A DNA stretch of 64,000 nucleotides from Octopus bimaculoides (lineage: Eukaryota): contig NC_068991.1 in NCBI RefSeq assembly GCF_001194135.2, positions 51,826,020 through 51,890,019 on the forward strand. Direction: 5' to 3'. The notes under the pieces are model-generated. The model saw nothing but the letters and a program-made list of their open reading frames with translations. It did no database searches and had not been told where the DNA came from. Both the position numbers and the translations under genes were made by a program. This document shows, piece after piece, positions 26,018 through 40,300 of the stretch (its first letter is position 1; each line of letters starts with the position of its first letter).

Positions 26018-28368
26018 CCTCTTTGTGGTATCCCTTGAAATGTTATTTGCACCCTGCAGTGGGAACCCCTGCTTTAGACAGTTCTACAAACCCCACCAAA
26101 AACTGTATGGCCAAGGTTAGAATATTTCAAGGTGTAGGTCTGCTGGATTAGAGTTGACAACATCAACATCATAAAAACACTATCTCTCCCATTCATTTGA
26201 GACAAATATAAACATTTCCAGACACACAAAACCAGCAGCAAAATCATTAACACCCACCACTGCCGCCACCATTCCTCTAAAGAAGCAGGAAGGAACTGTT
26301 ATACTCTGGTCAAGTTCACCTTGACCACCAACAAAAGCTTCAAATTGCCTCTTATGATTTAATGAGGGTACTGTTATGCAGTTCCTTAAGCTCCTAAAAA
26401 TAGCAACCAAATTTTTCTCTAATTACAATTGCCAATCATAAAAGAAAGGACACCTTGGATAGAGAAGTCCGAGGTACACTGTGTCTGCAAAGATGAGATG
26501 GTCATAGTTGGATTACCTCCAATGGTAGATCTACTCGTGTTTACAGAATCCAAATATGACAAACCCTTCACCTATTAAACATGAAATGACTAGCAGAGCG
26601 CCTTTATTCTCAAATACTCAGTTCCAAAACCTCACTATCTTACTTCTTTAATTTCTCATGATCCAAAAATAACTGGAAGTCTGGAAGCTTGCAATTTTGT
26701 TGCCAATTCTTAAAATTAAAGCAATCTCATTAGCACCATTCATTTATGGCTAACTGATTTCTCTTTGAACAATATTAAATGTGCTACAATACATTTATAT
26801 GATGACTGTCACATGAAATCTATATTCATAAGAATGGTCCCTCACACCAAAATTTTATTGAAAATAGAGTAACTTATCTCAGAATTAACAACACTTTCAA
26901 TTGAGTTCAATATCTAAATCTGACAGAACTCTAACAGCATGGATTAACAGATTCCTTACTGGTCTTTGAATCACAGCGGATAGAACTTGAGTATTTTCCT
27001 ACAACTTCATCAAATCTATCAAATCAGGAATTACTAAGTCTGTAAGGAAAAATATCACAAACTACATTTAACTCCTTTATGTCATTTCTTTAACACTTTC
27101 ATCATTACTAAAACAGTCAAACAGTCACTGATGTTGTGTCTCTTACATATAACAATGAACATAAAACATATTTGGACTTCTTGCTGTTAACTGAACTCAA
27201 AGTACTTCAACAGTATGTGAACTCATGACCCATAAGTTAGTAGTCAAATATCTAATTTACCTAGCCACATCACAACCTATACTGAACCAATATTCCACAA
27301 AAAATTATTTCAAAAGCCAAGAAACTAAAAGAAGCAGTATTGGAAAAATATAAAAAAAGAACCTTAATTATATAAAGAAAATAAAACATAATTATGAGCA
27401 ATGAGATTTTATTAGCAGGAAGGACTGATTATAGTTGTGACTAAAGACAACAACAAAAATGAGGGATGGGGTTATTTAATATTGGTTTCATTTAACGAGG
27501 AACAATGCCTACATTGATAGGGAAAGGATATTGCCATTTAAATAAACCCAGAATATCACTGGTAGTTATTTATCAATTTCAATTTGATGAAATGTAAAGT
27601 CAACCATAACAGGATTTGAATTCAAAACAGAGTGGCAGATAGATGTCACATAGATTTGTTTTTCTAATGTAGGCACAACATCAGGTTTAGAAAACAGGAG
27701 AAAAACATCGTAGGATGATGTCCAGATCTTTGTCAGGGACATGTGGAAGTGAAATGTTACAAGTGGAAAACAAAACTAGGTTGTACTTATCTCCTCAAGA
27801 CCGTGCCTTGTTTGAAAACAACATTTTGTTTTGTTTTCATTAACAAAATAGTTTAGTCCAGCCAGTAGATGGGAGCTTGTCCCTTGAAATGCTCAAACAG
27901 CAACCCAATCTACTTCAATAAATACCCTAGAATAGTGACCAGATTTGTTTTACTTCTTTAATCCTTACAGGCATGACCCTAAGTAATTATGGAATGGCCA
28001 CAATTAGAATGCCAAATTGAATGTTGGAGATCAACCCCAACCAACACAGACAGCTGGTAGCTGCATATCTCAGATGAAGGACTTGTAGCTTAATAGCAAT
28101 GCATTCAGCAGGGTACTTTTGAAACATAAGGGCTCTAGTCATACAAAGCTGACTGGATCTACACATCAATAACAACACAACTTAGTTACCGTTTTTTCTT
28201 CAATATATTATATTCTACACCAGAAGGGAACCTTAAAACAAAAATCCAATGTAAAATTATACAAAATCATTCAGAAAATTAGAGCAGTTTAGTGAACTTG
28301 TAAACTATATAGATGTGTGTAATTTTAGAACTGCCAAGGGTCAAAGGCTAACTTACTTTATATACTAA

Positions 28369-28935
28369 ATATTATTATTGAGTGAAAGAGCAGTGCATGC
28401 CATCAAAGTGACACTGGGGTACAAATATACAAAGCCCAATATACCCATCATGACTACCCGTCTGACAAGGGTACACCAGGCACATGCATCACAACCATAT
28501 GTGCGCGACATGGTGATCTTATATCAAGATAAACAGCGCATGACCTTGCAGGTGGAACCCAGTTAGAATTTTTTTCAGGTCGAGTAACCCATCTCGCTCA
28601 AAAGGTCCCTGAATATGGTTTGTTTAAGGATGTTGAGCAAAACACCCATGTTTCCAAAGGTGAATTATTCAAACCCCAAAAAACTCCTCTCAACACATGA
28701 CTATGATGCTCCCCCACTACTTCTGCTCACGATCAGAGATGCACATATTATCAGCCACCAAGGGACATGTTCAACTGGTTATGGTCAAACAACTGACAAG
28801 CAAATCTGTGGTATTGAGCAGAATATTTGCTGTAGCCCATCTTTTATACCAAGACAAAACAATGTACATGATAACACTTCCAATCAATTAAGATCAGAAA
28901 CCATGAGAGCCAGTGACTGGTACTGCATCCGGGCA
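28369..28935 (-). mobile_element. Retroposon family D (SINE-like, (TAA)n tail)
   Basis: Homologous copies at 31222-31722 and 50020-50410. The ORFs reported here by the track are repeat-derived. Confidence 0.75.
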
Positions 28936-29483
28936 TTTATTATTATTATTACTATTATTATTGGTAGTGATTTAAGTTTTAGTTCCAGGAAATATTTTCT
29001 TGATTCCTTAGAATATTTAGAAAGACTGGATGTGCAATGACATGAAATTTCTAAATAATTTAGAACTCATGCTGATACATACAGAAATAAACAAACAAAA
29101 TAACAATTTCTTGTTAATCTGTTAAACCAACTTATTCAGGAGACTCAGTACAATAGCTGTACAAATTTTAACTCTAGTGAAAGATAAAACCAGCTCCAAC
29201 ATGACTTCAACAGTGAAGTCTCTTACTAAATAAATCTATAACATTTACAGAAAGGATAACAGAAACAGGTTGGCAATAATAAGGTTTTTTCAGTTTTTTT
29301 TTAACTTTGCTATAGAACCAAAAAAATGTGTGATGAAAGTTACATTTCTAGCTTTTATTTTATCATCTCCAAATGGAAAGAAAACCAAATTGACCTGTCA
29401 GGATTTCATTTTAAGAATGTAAAGGGATATAACTAAATATTGTTAAGCACTTAACTTGGTATCCAAATACAGTTCACTGCCCA

Positions 29484-31085
29484 CAATAATAATGGTTGCA
29501 GATTTGGGTGTGGGAGGGTAAGTCAACGACCTCAACCCCAGTACTCAACTGGTACTTATTTTATCAACCCCAAAAAAATGAAAGGCAAAGTCAACCTCAG
29601 TGGAATTTGAACTCAGAACATGAAGACGGATGAAATGCCACAAAGCTTCTTTGTCTGGGGTGCTAACGATTCTACCACCTCACTGCCTTAACTGCCAACA
29701 ATAATAATAATAATTATTATTATTCTTTCAAATTTTGGCACAAGGCCAGAAAATGAGGGGAAGGGGAAGTTGATTACATAGATCCCAGTGCGCAACTGGT
29801 ACTTAGTTTATCAACCACAAAAGATGAAAGTCAACCACACAGGATTTTGAACTCAGAATGTAGAGTCGGAAGAACTGCCACTAATAATAATAATAATAAC
29901 AATAATCATCATCATTCTCACATGAGTACAAGGCCACAAATTTTAAGAGGGCATGTACACTTAGTTAAACTGATCCCAATACAAGCCTGGCCTGGTACTA
30001 ATTTTAGTTTTGTTCCACAAGATTTGGATAGGGAGAACTAAATCTATGCTTCATTCAATCCAGCACTTCATTACTTCTGCTACCTCAACAATTTAATGAT
30101 AATTGATTCTGACATAGGTAGATAGCCAGAAATTTGTTTGGGGAGAGGGAAGTTGATTAGCTTGACCGCCCCCTCCGAACTTCGTTGGTATTTCACTGAC
30201 ATGAAAAGGTCTAAAGGTTGACTGCAGTGTGATTTAAATTTAGAATGCATACCACTAGGCTTCTTGTTCAGTGCTTTAATAATAATAATAAATTTCTAAT
30301 TTAGGTACAAGGCCAGCAGTTTTGTAGGGAGGGAATCAGGCAATATCATTAGCCCCAGTATTAGACTGTTACTTTATTTCATTGATCTCCCAAAAGGATG
30401 AAAACTAAGCTGACCCTGTTGGAATTTGAACTCAGAACATAAAGAGCTAGAACAAATACTGCAAGGCAGAGGTCCCAAAGCTTTAACAATTCTTATTAAA
30501 ATAATAATAAAATAATGATGATAGTTTCTGATTTAGGCAAAAAGTCAGAAGAGGGGTTAGTTGATTACATTGATCCTAGTACCACTCTGGTACTTTATTT
30601 TATCCACTAAAAATAGGGATGGAACTTAATAATAATAATAATCCTTTCTATTATAGGCACAAAGCCTGAAATTTGGTGGGGAAGGGATTAGTCAATTACA
30701 TCAACCCCTGTGCTCAACTGATACTTAATTTATTGACCCCCACAAAGGATGAAAGGCAAAATCAACCTTCGCGGAATTTGAACTCAGAATGTCAAAGTAG
30801 ACGAAATGGCACTAAGCATTTTGCCTGACGTGCTAACAATTCTGCAAGCTTGCCACCTAATATTAATAATAATGATTTCAAATTTTGGCACAAGGCCAGC
30901 AACTTCGGGGGTAGGGCAAGTGGATTACATTGACACCAGCACTCAACTGGCACTTTTTTTTATTGACCCCAAAAGGATGAAAGGCAAAAGCGACCTCGAT
31001 GGAATTTGAACTTAGAACATGAAGACGGACGAAATACAGCTAAGCATTTCACCCAGCATGCTAACAATTCTGCCAGCTCACCTAA
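29484..31085 (-). mobile_element. Head-to-tail train of about eight SINE family C copies separated by (AAT)n
   Basis: Repeated GGCACAAGGCC..ACTGGTAC..GAATTTGAACTCAGAA blocks, each bounded by AAT runs. Confidence 0.85.
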
Positions 31086-32043
31086 TAATAAGTGTTGTAG
31101 TTTGCTTGAAACATTGTAGTACAGAAGTAGAATAATAAATAAAAATGGAAATGAATTAAGCTTCTAACAATGCAGAGGTTAGAAGCTTTCTTCATTTCCC
31201 TTTTCACTTATTATTATTATTATTATTATCATCACTGAGTGAGAGAGCAGCGCATGCCATCAAAGTGACACTGGGGTACAAATATATGAAGCCCAATATA
31301 CCCATCATGACTACCCATTTGATAAGAGTACAACAAGCACATGCATCACAACCATATGTGCACAACATGGTGATTTCATATCAAGATAAACAGTGTGTGA
31401 CCTTGCAGGTGGGGGCCGGCCCAGTTAGAATTTTCTTCAGGTTGAGTAGACCATCCTACTAAAAAGGTTACTGAATAAAGGTTGTTTAAGGATGATGAAT
31501 GAAACACCTATGTTTCCAGAGGTAAATTATTCAAACCCCAAAGAATTTCTCTCAACACATGACTATGATGCTCCCATACAACTTCTGCTTGTGATCAGAG
31601 ATGCACATATCGTCAGCCACTAAGGGACATGCTCAACTAGTTAAGGTCAAACAACTCACAAGTAAATCTGTGGTATTGAGCAGAATATTTGCTATAGCCC
31701 ATCTTTTATACCAAGACAAACATCATAATCATTATTAGGATTATTATTCTTATCATTATTATTATTATCATTATTCAAAATATTGTTCAAATGGCCACCT
31801 AAGATTTGAGAAATATTTCAAAATTTGGCCCAGAAAGCTTTCGAAGTTCTTTGTTGTTAATGTAATGTTCGACTGAGTTGAAGAATGCGTCAATGTCTGT
31901 GTCGTGATACAGCAGTGGTCAGTATAAGACAATCAGGGATGATTTCAACTTGAAAGAGTCGTTTATGAAGAAAAGGCCACAGTTAGTGTCATGTCATTTC
32001 TAAATGAATGTCTTGATTGAATTCTTCTGGTTATGTAGTTCTG

Positions 32044-32282
32044 TTAGCATAGATTAGCAGAGCTGTTCCCCTCACAGCTTTGACACACTCTAACAGGATA
32101 GTCCCAACCTCGATGTGGTACAGAGTACTTGTTTGGAGAGCATTTGTGGCAAACCACCTTACCACAGTCACGGCAATGATGTTTAGATACTTTAGGACCA
32201 AATTCTGTATTACACACTGCACATTGTGTTACTGTTTCATCGGGAATCCAATACGCTGGACGTACACTGTCTTTGATAATTC
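32044..32282 (-). CDS. ZFYVE1: ZFYVE1 last coding exon: FYVE finger 2 and stop
   Basis: GIIKDSVRPAYWIPDETVTQCAVCNTEFGPKVSKHHCRDCGKVVCHKCSPNKYSVPHRGWDYPVRVCQSCEGNSSANLC-TAA. Confidence 0.97.
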
Positions 32283-35200
32283 CTACAATAAAAGTGAATA
32301 AATAAATGAAATAAAAATAAATAAATAAATCGGCTCAATATATTTAATTCACAAAACTTAGACATATATACATATCTATATCTCCCTATATATACAGGGG
32401 TTGGACAAAATAATGGAAACACCTAGCTTCATAGCATCATAATTTTGAAATATCTATAAAACTGTCAAACACTTGTTTATTTTTATGTTTTTGATTTATT
32501 ATTACTGTTGCTTAATATATTTTACTAAAATTGCTGTTTCTTTTCAGATATCATTAGAAAAAAGTAGTTAAAATTCATTAAAATGACAGATCTATCGGAC
32601 TTCCAAAGCGGTCAAATTGTTGGTGCTTGTATGGTGCTAGCATAACAGAAACAGCCGAAATGTTTGGTATATCAAGAAGTACTGTCTCGAAAGTAATGAC
32701 AGCCTATGAGAAAGAGGGAAAAACCTCATCGAAACAAAACTCCGGAAGAAAACCAAAATTTGCAGATAGGGACCATCGGACTCTTATGTGAATTGTTAAA
32801 AAGATCATAAAATTACAGCTCCCAAAACTACTGCAGAAATTAATGACCATCTCAAGAAACCAGTTTCCACAAAAACTGTTCGCAAGGAGCTGTACAAAGT
32901 CAGATTTCACGGGAGGGCTGCAATCAGAAAACCACTACTTTCAAAAACAAATGTTGCAAAGTGTTTAGAGTGGAGTAAAAACCTACAGAATTGGTCCCTA
33001 GAGCAGTGGAAGAATGTTATTTTCTCGGACAACATAACTCTCGTTCTACAACATATTTCAATTTAAAATAGATTTTTTTAAAAATTGATTTAAGCCTTTA
33101 GCATTTAGATTACTCTGTCAAATGTAATTAATATGTATTCACATTACTTTGAATTAATTATGCATTAGCTTGTAGCTTTGAGATTTTGACAATGTGATTG
33201 TTTACTTTTAGAATGACATTGTAGGATAGGTGTGAAGGGGTGCATCTGCTTATTTTGAATATAAAACAGGTAGAATATTTGGGCCAGCTGTGGCCAGTTT
33301 AAATTCTAAATGGTTAAATCAAATTGTTCAACATTTATAGAATAATAGAGTAGTGTTTTTGAAAGAATTAAATAAATAAAAGCTTGGTACTGCTAAAGAC
33401 TCTACAATTAAAAGAGAGTGAAGTTGCTACAAGAATTCTACAAAACATTTTTGCTAACTAAAAAAACATTTAATCACTAAAATATGTAGATTAATCTTAC
33501 CTAAAGGATAATCAACAATGGAAGCTACTGCACCAATAGTACTTCCCAAAACTTCACCAACTTTGCGTGCGGTCACTGGTGTTGAGTGAGATGGACTTGT
33601 TGATGGTTTGTGCTTGGTAACTGAAAAGAAAATATGCAGTAACTTGAAACTGAGATTCAATAAATTGAATATTGAAGAGATTGCAACCAGGACACAAAGA
33701 TAAAAATGTCAAGGAAAATTAAGGAACTTGAAATACAAAATGACACTGAACTCCTTCCATGAAATATTGAAAAATATTGCCAAACAATTTTTTTTTTTAA
33801 TATACCAGTTCATTGAGAAGGTTGTGTTTAGGTAGTGAAATAAAAAACACAAGAAATAGAGGGAATAAACCACACCAGAGTATTGATAACCTTAAAACAT
33901 CAGACCTTGACAGTTACTTTCATGCAATCTAGGAGCAAGAAAGCTCCACCAAGTGCCTTCTATACAAAAACAGAAAGCTCAGCTAATGTAGGCTACAAAA
34001 CATCAAAACTGAATGCACATCTTTGCCAACTGACAATCTTCAAGACATTGACTTCCATACGAGACATGACAATCAAACTTCAGCAAATTGGAATAAGATG
34101 AAAAGAATGTTGGTTTGTGAGCCAAAGATCTGATATGTGGTTGGAGCAAGGTGACATATAAGTGGAAAGGGAGAGCAGATAAAGCTTTAAAAGCTAAAAG
34201 ATAGGTCAGGAAATATTGCTGAAAAAGGGAAATAGAAATCAATCAGATGGCTGATAGTGAAATAATTTATCAGATGAATGTAATAAAATAAATTTAAGGT
34301 TGTTTGCCAATGTTTTACAATGAGAGGATCAAAGGCATGTGGTGTTTCAGATTAAGTAATGCATTTGTGTGAATCAAGACACCATTGTGAAAAACTCTGT
34401 TTGAAACAACCATGGTACTGCATCATGTTTCTTAAATTACAATTCCACAGTGTAAACACAAGATGCTAGTTTCTTTAATAGATGAGATCTGTTAGTGTCT
34501 ATAACAGATCTTATTAAGCAGAAGATAAATCTCTAACTGAATATTGATCTATCTTGAGTCTCTTTCCTAGAAGACATGGTGCCCATTTCTTACAAGTGAA
34601 CTGAGACACGTAAAATGAAAGATGCTGAACATAGTCAATGAAAACAAATGCAGATGTTAAACTAAAAACCAAGAAGATCTTCATCATTAATGTATCTAAC
34701 TAGCCATTTTGTTTCTATGACAAACAGTCAAAAGACATTAAAAGCAATTCAATATCTAAATCACTTTTATAGTAATTATCAGAGAATATTTACCATTATT
34801 TCTTTCTAGATGACATTTATCACAGGTTCTCACTAATGTATCTCCCCAGCCTCGTTCAGGTACAGGGTCCTTGTGACTTGAGCAGCTATCACAAAAGCCT
34901 TTCCCACAAGCTCGGCAATGATGCTTCTGCTCATTCCCTTCAAATAATTTCTCACAATTTGTACAGTGCTGAAACACAAAGCAATTATATTAGCACACAG
35001 CAGACAATATAGAAAAGCTGAAGAGTCAAAAGACAATTATTGATCATCACCATGTCATTTAGTAAAAACGACACAAAAAAGTTGGTTATTTGGAAAACTA
35101 ATCATATTTTAAATCATCATTAAGATTCCTTAAAAGACCTACTATTAGAGGAGGAAAAATAAGATGCTGTGACAATCATGCTTCCCTAATAAACATCAGT

Positions 35201-37320
35201 GGTGTAAGCAAAGAGGGAAAAGCTTGAACTATAAATAGAAGCCAAATCATGTTCCACAGCATTTGATACAGAATGGAATATTGAATAAAGACTTGGCTAT
35301 TTAATGCTTCTTATAAAACCTTTTGCTAATTTTTTTTCTTTTTTTCTGTACAGTGAAATTTCTTATGACAAATTTTCTGGTCATGAAGAAATACTATCTT
35401 ATATAATTATTATATACTACAATTGTGGAGGCGCAATGGCCCAGTGGTTAGGGCAGCGGACTCGCAGTCATAGGATCGTGGTTTCGATTCCGGGCGTTGT
35501 GAGTGTTTATTGAGCGAAAAAAACCTAAATCTCCACGAGGCTCCGGCAGGGGATGGTGGCGAACCCTGCTGTACTCTTCCACCACAACTTTCTCTCAGTC
35601 TTTCTTCCTGTTTCTGTTGTGCCTGTAATTCAAAGGGCCAGCCTTGTTACACTCTGTGTCACGCTGAATATCCCTGAGAACCACGTTAAGGGTACACGTG
35701 TCTGTGGAGTGCTCAGCCACTTGCACGTTAATTTCATGAGCAGGCTGTTCCGTTGATCAGATCAATTGGAACCCTCGTCGTCGTAAGCGACGGAGTGCCA
35801 ACAACTACAATTAGTGATCAATATTGGTTTCAAGCGGCCCAGTAAGTGGGTCACAATATTTCTGACAAGAGTGACAAGTGAGTGTCACTTTAAGTCTTGA
35901 TTTCTGGCTAATATTTGTATCTTGTACTAATATACATTGGAGAAAGCTACATACATACACAATTAAAACATGATTCTACATAAATTTCCAGCTACTAAAT
36001 TCAACTGACAAGATATTCACCAACATGAAGACACTTTAGATGAGAGAATATTAACTAATTAGAAATATTCTACTAAAAAACAAATCAAAATTAAAAAAAC
36101 AAATACAGGTGGAGAACTCACAGCAATAAGTGCATTAGGAATCCAATAGCTTGGTGCAATTTGGTCTGTCATCCAGTCAGCTAGCACTTTGGTAGGTTTA
36201 GCACCAACACTAGTCACAGTGTCAGCAACATAATGAAGTCCATCAAGCAATTTTCGAGCAGCGTTGTGGGCCCCTTGCATGTTGCGTTGGTCCTAATGAA
36301 AGGGAAATGTTAATTTTCAATTTACAATCATAACACAATTATATCTGTAGAGACCATCCCATTTTAAGACTATCATTAATGGTTGAGGATAATCCACAGT
36401 GGTCTCTAAGTCTTGGAGTCAGTGTTATTTTACAGATATTATTCAACGTTTCATTCCATCACAAACTACATACATCATGGTTTGGTTATACACTTGTAAA
36501 GAAGAGTTTTGATAATCATCTTCAGACAGAGAAGCAATCTTTTACTTTCTCTGACATTTCTGACCAGACAACTCAAAACTTTCACTTTTCAGCTTTCAAA
36601 ACTGAAATAAGGTACTAACTGAATTATTATCACAATATATTTGTATTCAACCTGGGGTAAACAATCTGGATATCTTAGGAATACACACACATTAAGAAAA
36701 GTATAAAAGCTTAAATTTCAAAAATAATTAATAATCTAATTCTGTTTTAACAGTCAGGGCTGAGCAATTTCAGTTGCTAATTCCCTCATGGCACCATCAA
36801 ATATATTCATGGGATTTCACTGGTTAAGTTTTGGCTCATGCCAATCAGTCAATTTGATGTTTTGTCCAAAGAAAGTTATTGCTTTGGAGACACTATTATT
36901 ACTCAATTTAGAATGACTGATTGATCATTTTTAAATATTTCCCAAATGGAAACAATAAGCCCTGGTCTGGTCTCAAATTCTAGCCAGAAACTTATTACAA
37001 ATCAGTTCAGTATGTTATTGTTTATTCAGTCATGGTTTACACTTTTTAATAATTATATTTTCTTTGTAGTTTGATAGTTGTAAAGTTTTATAAGAAAACA
37101 GATAAAGTGGGAAGACTAACAATTTTGATGATTTGTTTGTTGTACATAAGTCTAAATGTTCTCTTAATGGAATCTATCTGGTATTAGGAGAAACTAGTAT
37201 TTGTTACTTATCACTAGTGAGTCTGGTTCTCAAGGTAAGTTTCATTTGTTCAATGTAATGGGATCTATCTGATGCTCTAATAACTCAGCCAGCTTCCCAC
37301 ATCATATTCAAAGATATATA

Positions 37321-37352
<32 letters not shown>

Positions 37353-40300
37353 CATATACATACATATATATACATACATACACACACATTACATAAACAC
37401 CAATTTCTTTATTAGACACCAGTCTTATACTATTGTATCTTATTTGTTCAACCCATGGCCTAACTGTGAGTTTCATTATCACTTGGAGTAGAACAACACA
37501 AATTTTACCAGATCATTAACTACAAATTATTTTTTGGCGCTCAATAATTTTTGTTCCTATATAGCAAATGTAGAAATAGAAATGTTTTGTCTACTACAAT
37601 CTTACTGCCGCAAGGACAGAAATCTGTTAACAAGTATTATTATAGTGAATGGAAATTGTGGAAGAGGAAGACCCAGGAAGACATGGGACGAAGTACTGAA
37701 GGCCAATTTCAAGACACTCTGGTGCTGGTGCCACATAAGAAGCACCCTGTGCACTTTGTGGAGTGGTTGGCATTAGGAAGGGCATCCAGCCATAGAAACC
37801 ATGCCCAAACAGACAATGGAGCCTGGTTCAGCCCCTAGTCTTACCAGCTCTGGTCAAACTGACCAACCCATGCCAGCATGAAAAACGGATGTTGAATGAT
37901 GATGATAAATAGAAAATATACTTACATCACATTTTCCAGATATCCATTACTTTCATGACCAAATTTGCTTAGAGGTTGAACCCTAGGACAGCTGTGAGTA
38001 AATCTACGATCAAATACATCCTGTTTTTTATGTCTCAGCCTACCTAAAACTACACAGTCCAATGTCTTTCTTGTATTAATACAATGGTGTTATAGGGAGT
38101 GATGTCAGAAGAATTATCTGTTGGCTTCATTTATGTACTTGGTTTCCAAGACTCTTGGCATGAACCTGGGCATTGAGACATATTTTGTTGTATCTTGAGA
38201 GGGTCAGTATGCAAATAATAAATACATGCACAATATATATGTTTATTATTGGCATAATGTTCCTTCTGTGATACAACAAAATATGTGCTAGTTCTAGCAC
38301 TTCAGTAGTCTGAGAGGAGAGATTTGATTATATTTACATTAACAAAGCTACTTACACCTGGCCAGATATGACTGACCATCACTTGTACAACTTGTTCAAT
38401 ATCCTGATTGCCATACCAATATTCATGGCTACGATAAATAATACCACAGTTTGGGCATTCCAACACATACCTGAAACAAAATCAGATGCAGATGGGATTT
38501 AAAAGCAGTTAGACACAGTGACAAATTTACCGCACGCACACACACATATATATATATATATTCAGAACACTTAATTATCAGTATATTACTCTCTCCAATC
38601 CAATTAACAGGATTTCATTTCTTTCAGATCCTCCATGGCAGAAAAAGTGCTAACACATATCTATGGAACTCAGCCATTTACAAATTGCCAATTTTCTAAA
38701 TGTGGCAAGATCTTTTGTAAATGAAGTTTAGCTGGAGTTGTTAGCCTCTGGCAGGAATGTTTCAACTGCATCAAAGAAAATAAAAACATTCTAAGCATTG
38801 AGACACTGTAAGAACACCACAATTCATTCAATGGGTTCAAAGCATTATCAATGATGATCCCAGAAAATCAATGAGAGCCATGGCCATCACCAAATAACTT
38901 CAGGAGTCAGAGTGGACTATCAAAACTGTGGTGCACGGGGATATTCAATACAAGTTATATGTACAGAAGAGAAGCCAATTCATGTCTGCAAAGACACAGG
39001 GAAACCATCTGATCTATGTCAAACAAGGTTACTTAACAGGGTTTTAAAATCTCATGAACATGGCATACTTTGGTTGATCTCTGATAAGAAACACTTCAAC
39101 CAAGACCAAAAGTCTAACAGGAGAAATGATAGATGGTTATGTGCAGATCCTTTTGATGCTCCCAGAGCACTAAGTTTTCAGTAATTGTGATGGTTTTAAG
39201 AGTGGTGAGTAATGAAGATCATGTCATGCCTACTCACATCTTTCTACAGGGTCTTAAAATTAATACTGCTGAAAACAGAGATGCTAGAAACAATTGTTAA
39301 GCACTGGAGAAATGAAGTATGTTGTGGAAAGCCATATGTATTTCAACAAGACTCAGCACCTTTTCACAAAACGCACATAACCCAAGAATGGATGTCAGAC
39401 AATTTTTATACTCATCTAACACCAAACATGTGGCCTTGAAACTCGCCAGTTTCAAATCCAATGGACACTTGGAGTGTTGTTGAAAGGTAGACTAATTGAC
39501 ATAGACACAATACTATAACTTCACCGAAAGGCCACCATTCTCCAGGTGATGTCTGAAATGAATAAGGACCACTCGGTGCATGCAAGCTGACAATTCCAGC
39601 CCCACATTGACGCAGTCATCAAAGCTGAAGGCAGATTCATGGAATAATCTTAAGAAAGCTCATGGAGAACATGTGCACCAATTTATATTAAAATATATTT
39701 GGTTTTTGCTAGATTAGACTTATTTTATTAAATTATCAAATTATCAAATACATCCTCAACTACCTCGCACACACCTATATATATATTCAGACAATACACA
39801 CACACACATTTATTCATGCATGCATATACTCCGACCAATATTCTTCACAGTTAACATTTTCGCTCACAAGGCATAGGTCAACCCAAAATTCTAACAGAAG
39901 AGACTTAACAAAGATGACAAACAGCAGGTCTGACCCCAAAACCTAGTATTTGCTGATTAAACATTTTAATTACACAGGTATTTTTATTCTTTCTCTGGTT
40001 CTTCTTCCCACTCCAGAAAACATTTTTTTTTTTTTACTTGTTTCAGTCATTTGAGCACAACTTTCTTTACAATGCACAATTCAGATAATTAAGAAGTTGA
40101 TTTCTAGAGAAAAACTTACCCTGACCAAACATACTTAGCAAAACCAAGCCAAGCATTATCTGATGATGCAGAGGTTTTAGGGACAACAACAATATTTTTA
40201 CCACTTTTAAAATAGCATTGCTGAAAATAGATAAAAAAACAAATATATATATATATATATATATGTTAAATTCAAATTACGATGAACGTAAACAAACAAA

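Noticed and set aside
29484-31085. CRISPR-like repeat-spacer periodicity
   Set aside because: Units are ~200-bp diverged SINEs in a eukaryotic genome, with no constant short repeat and no cas genes.
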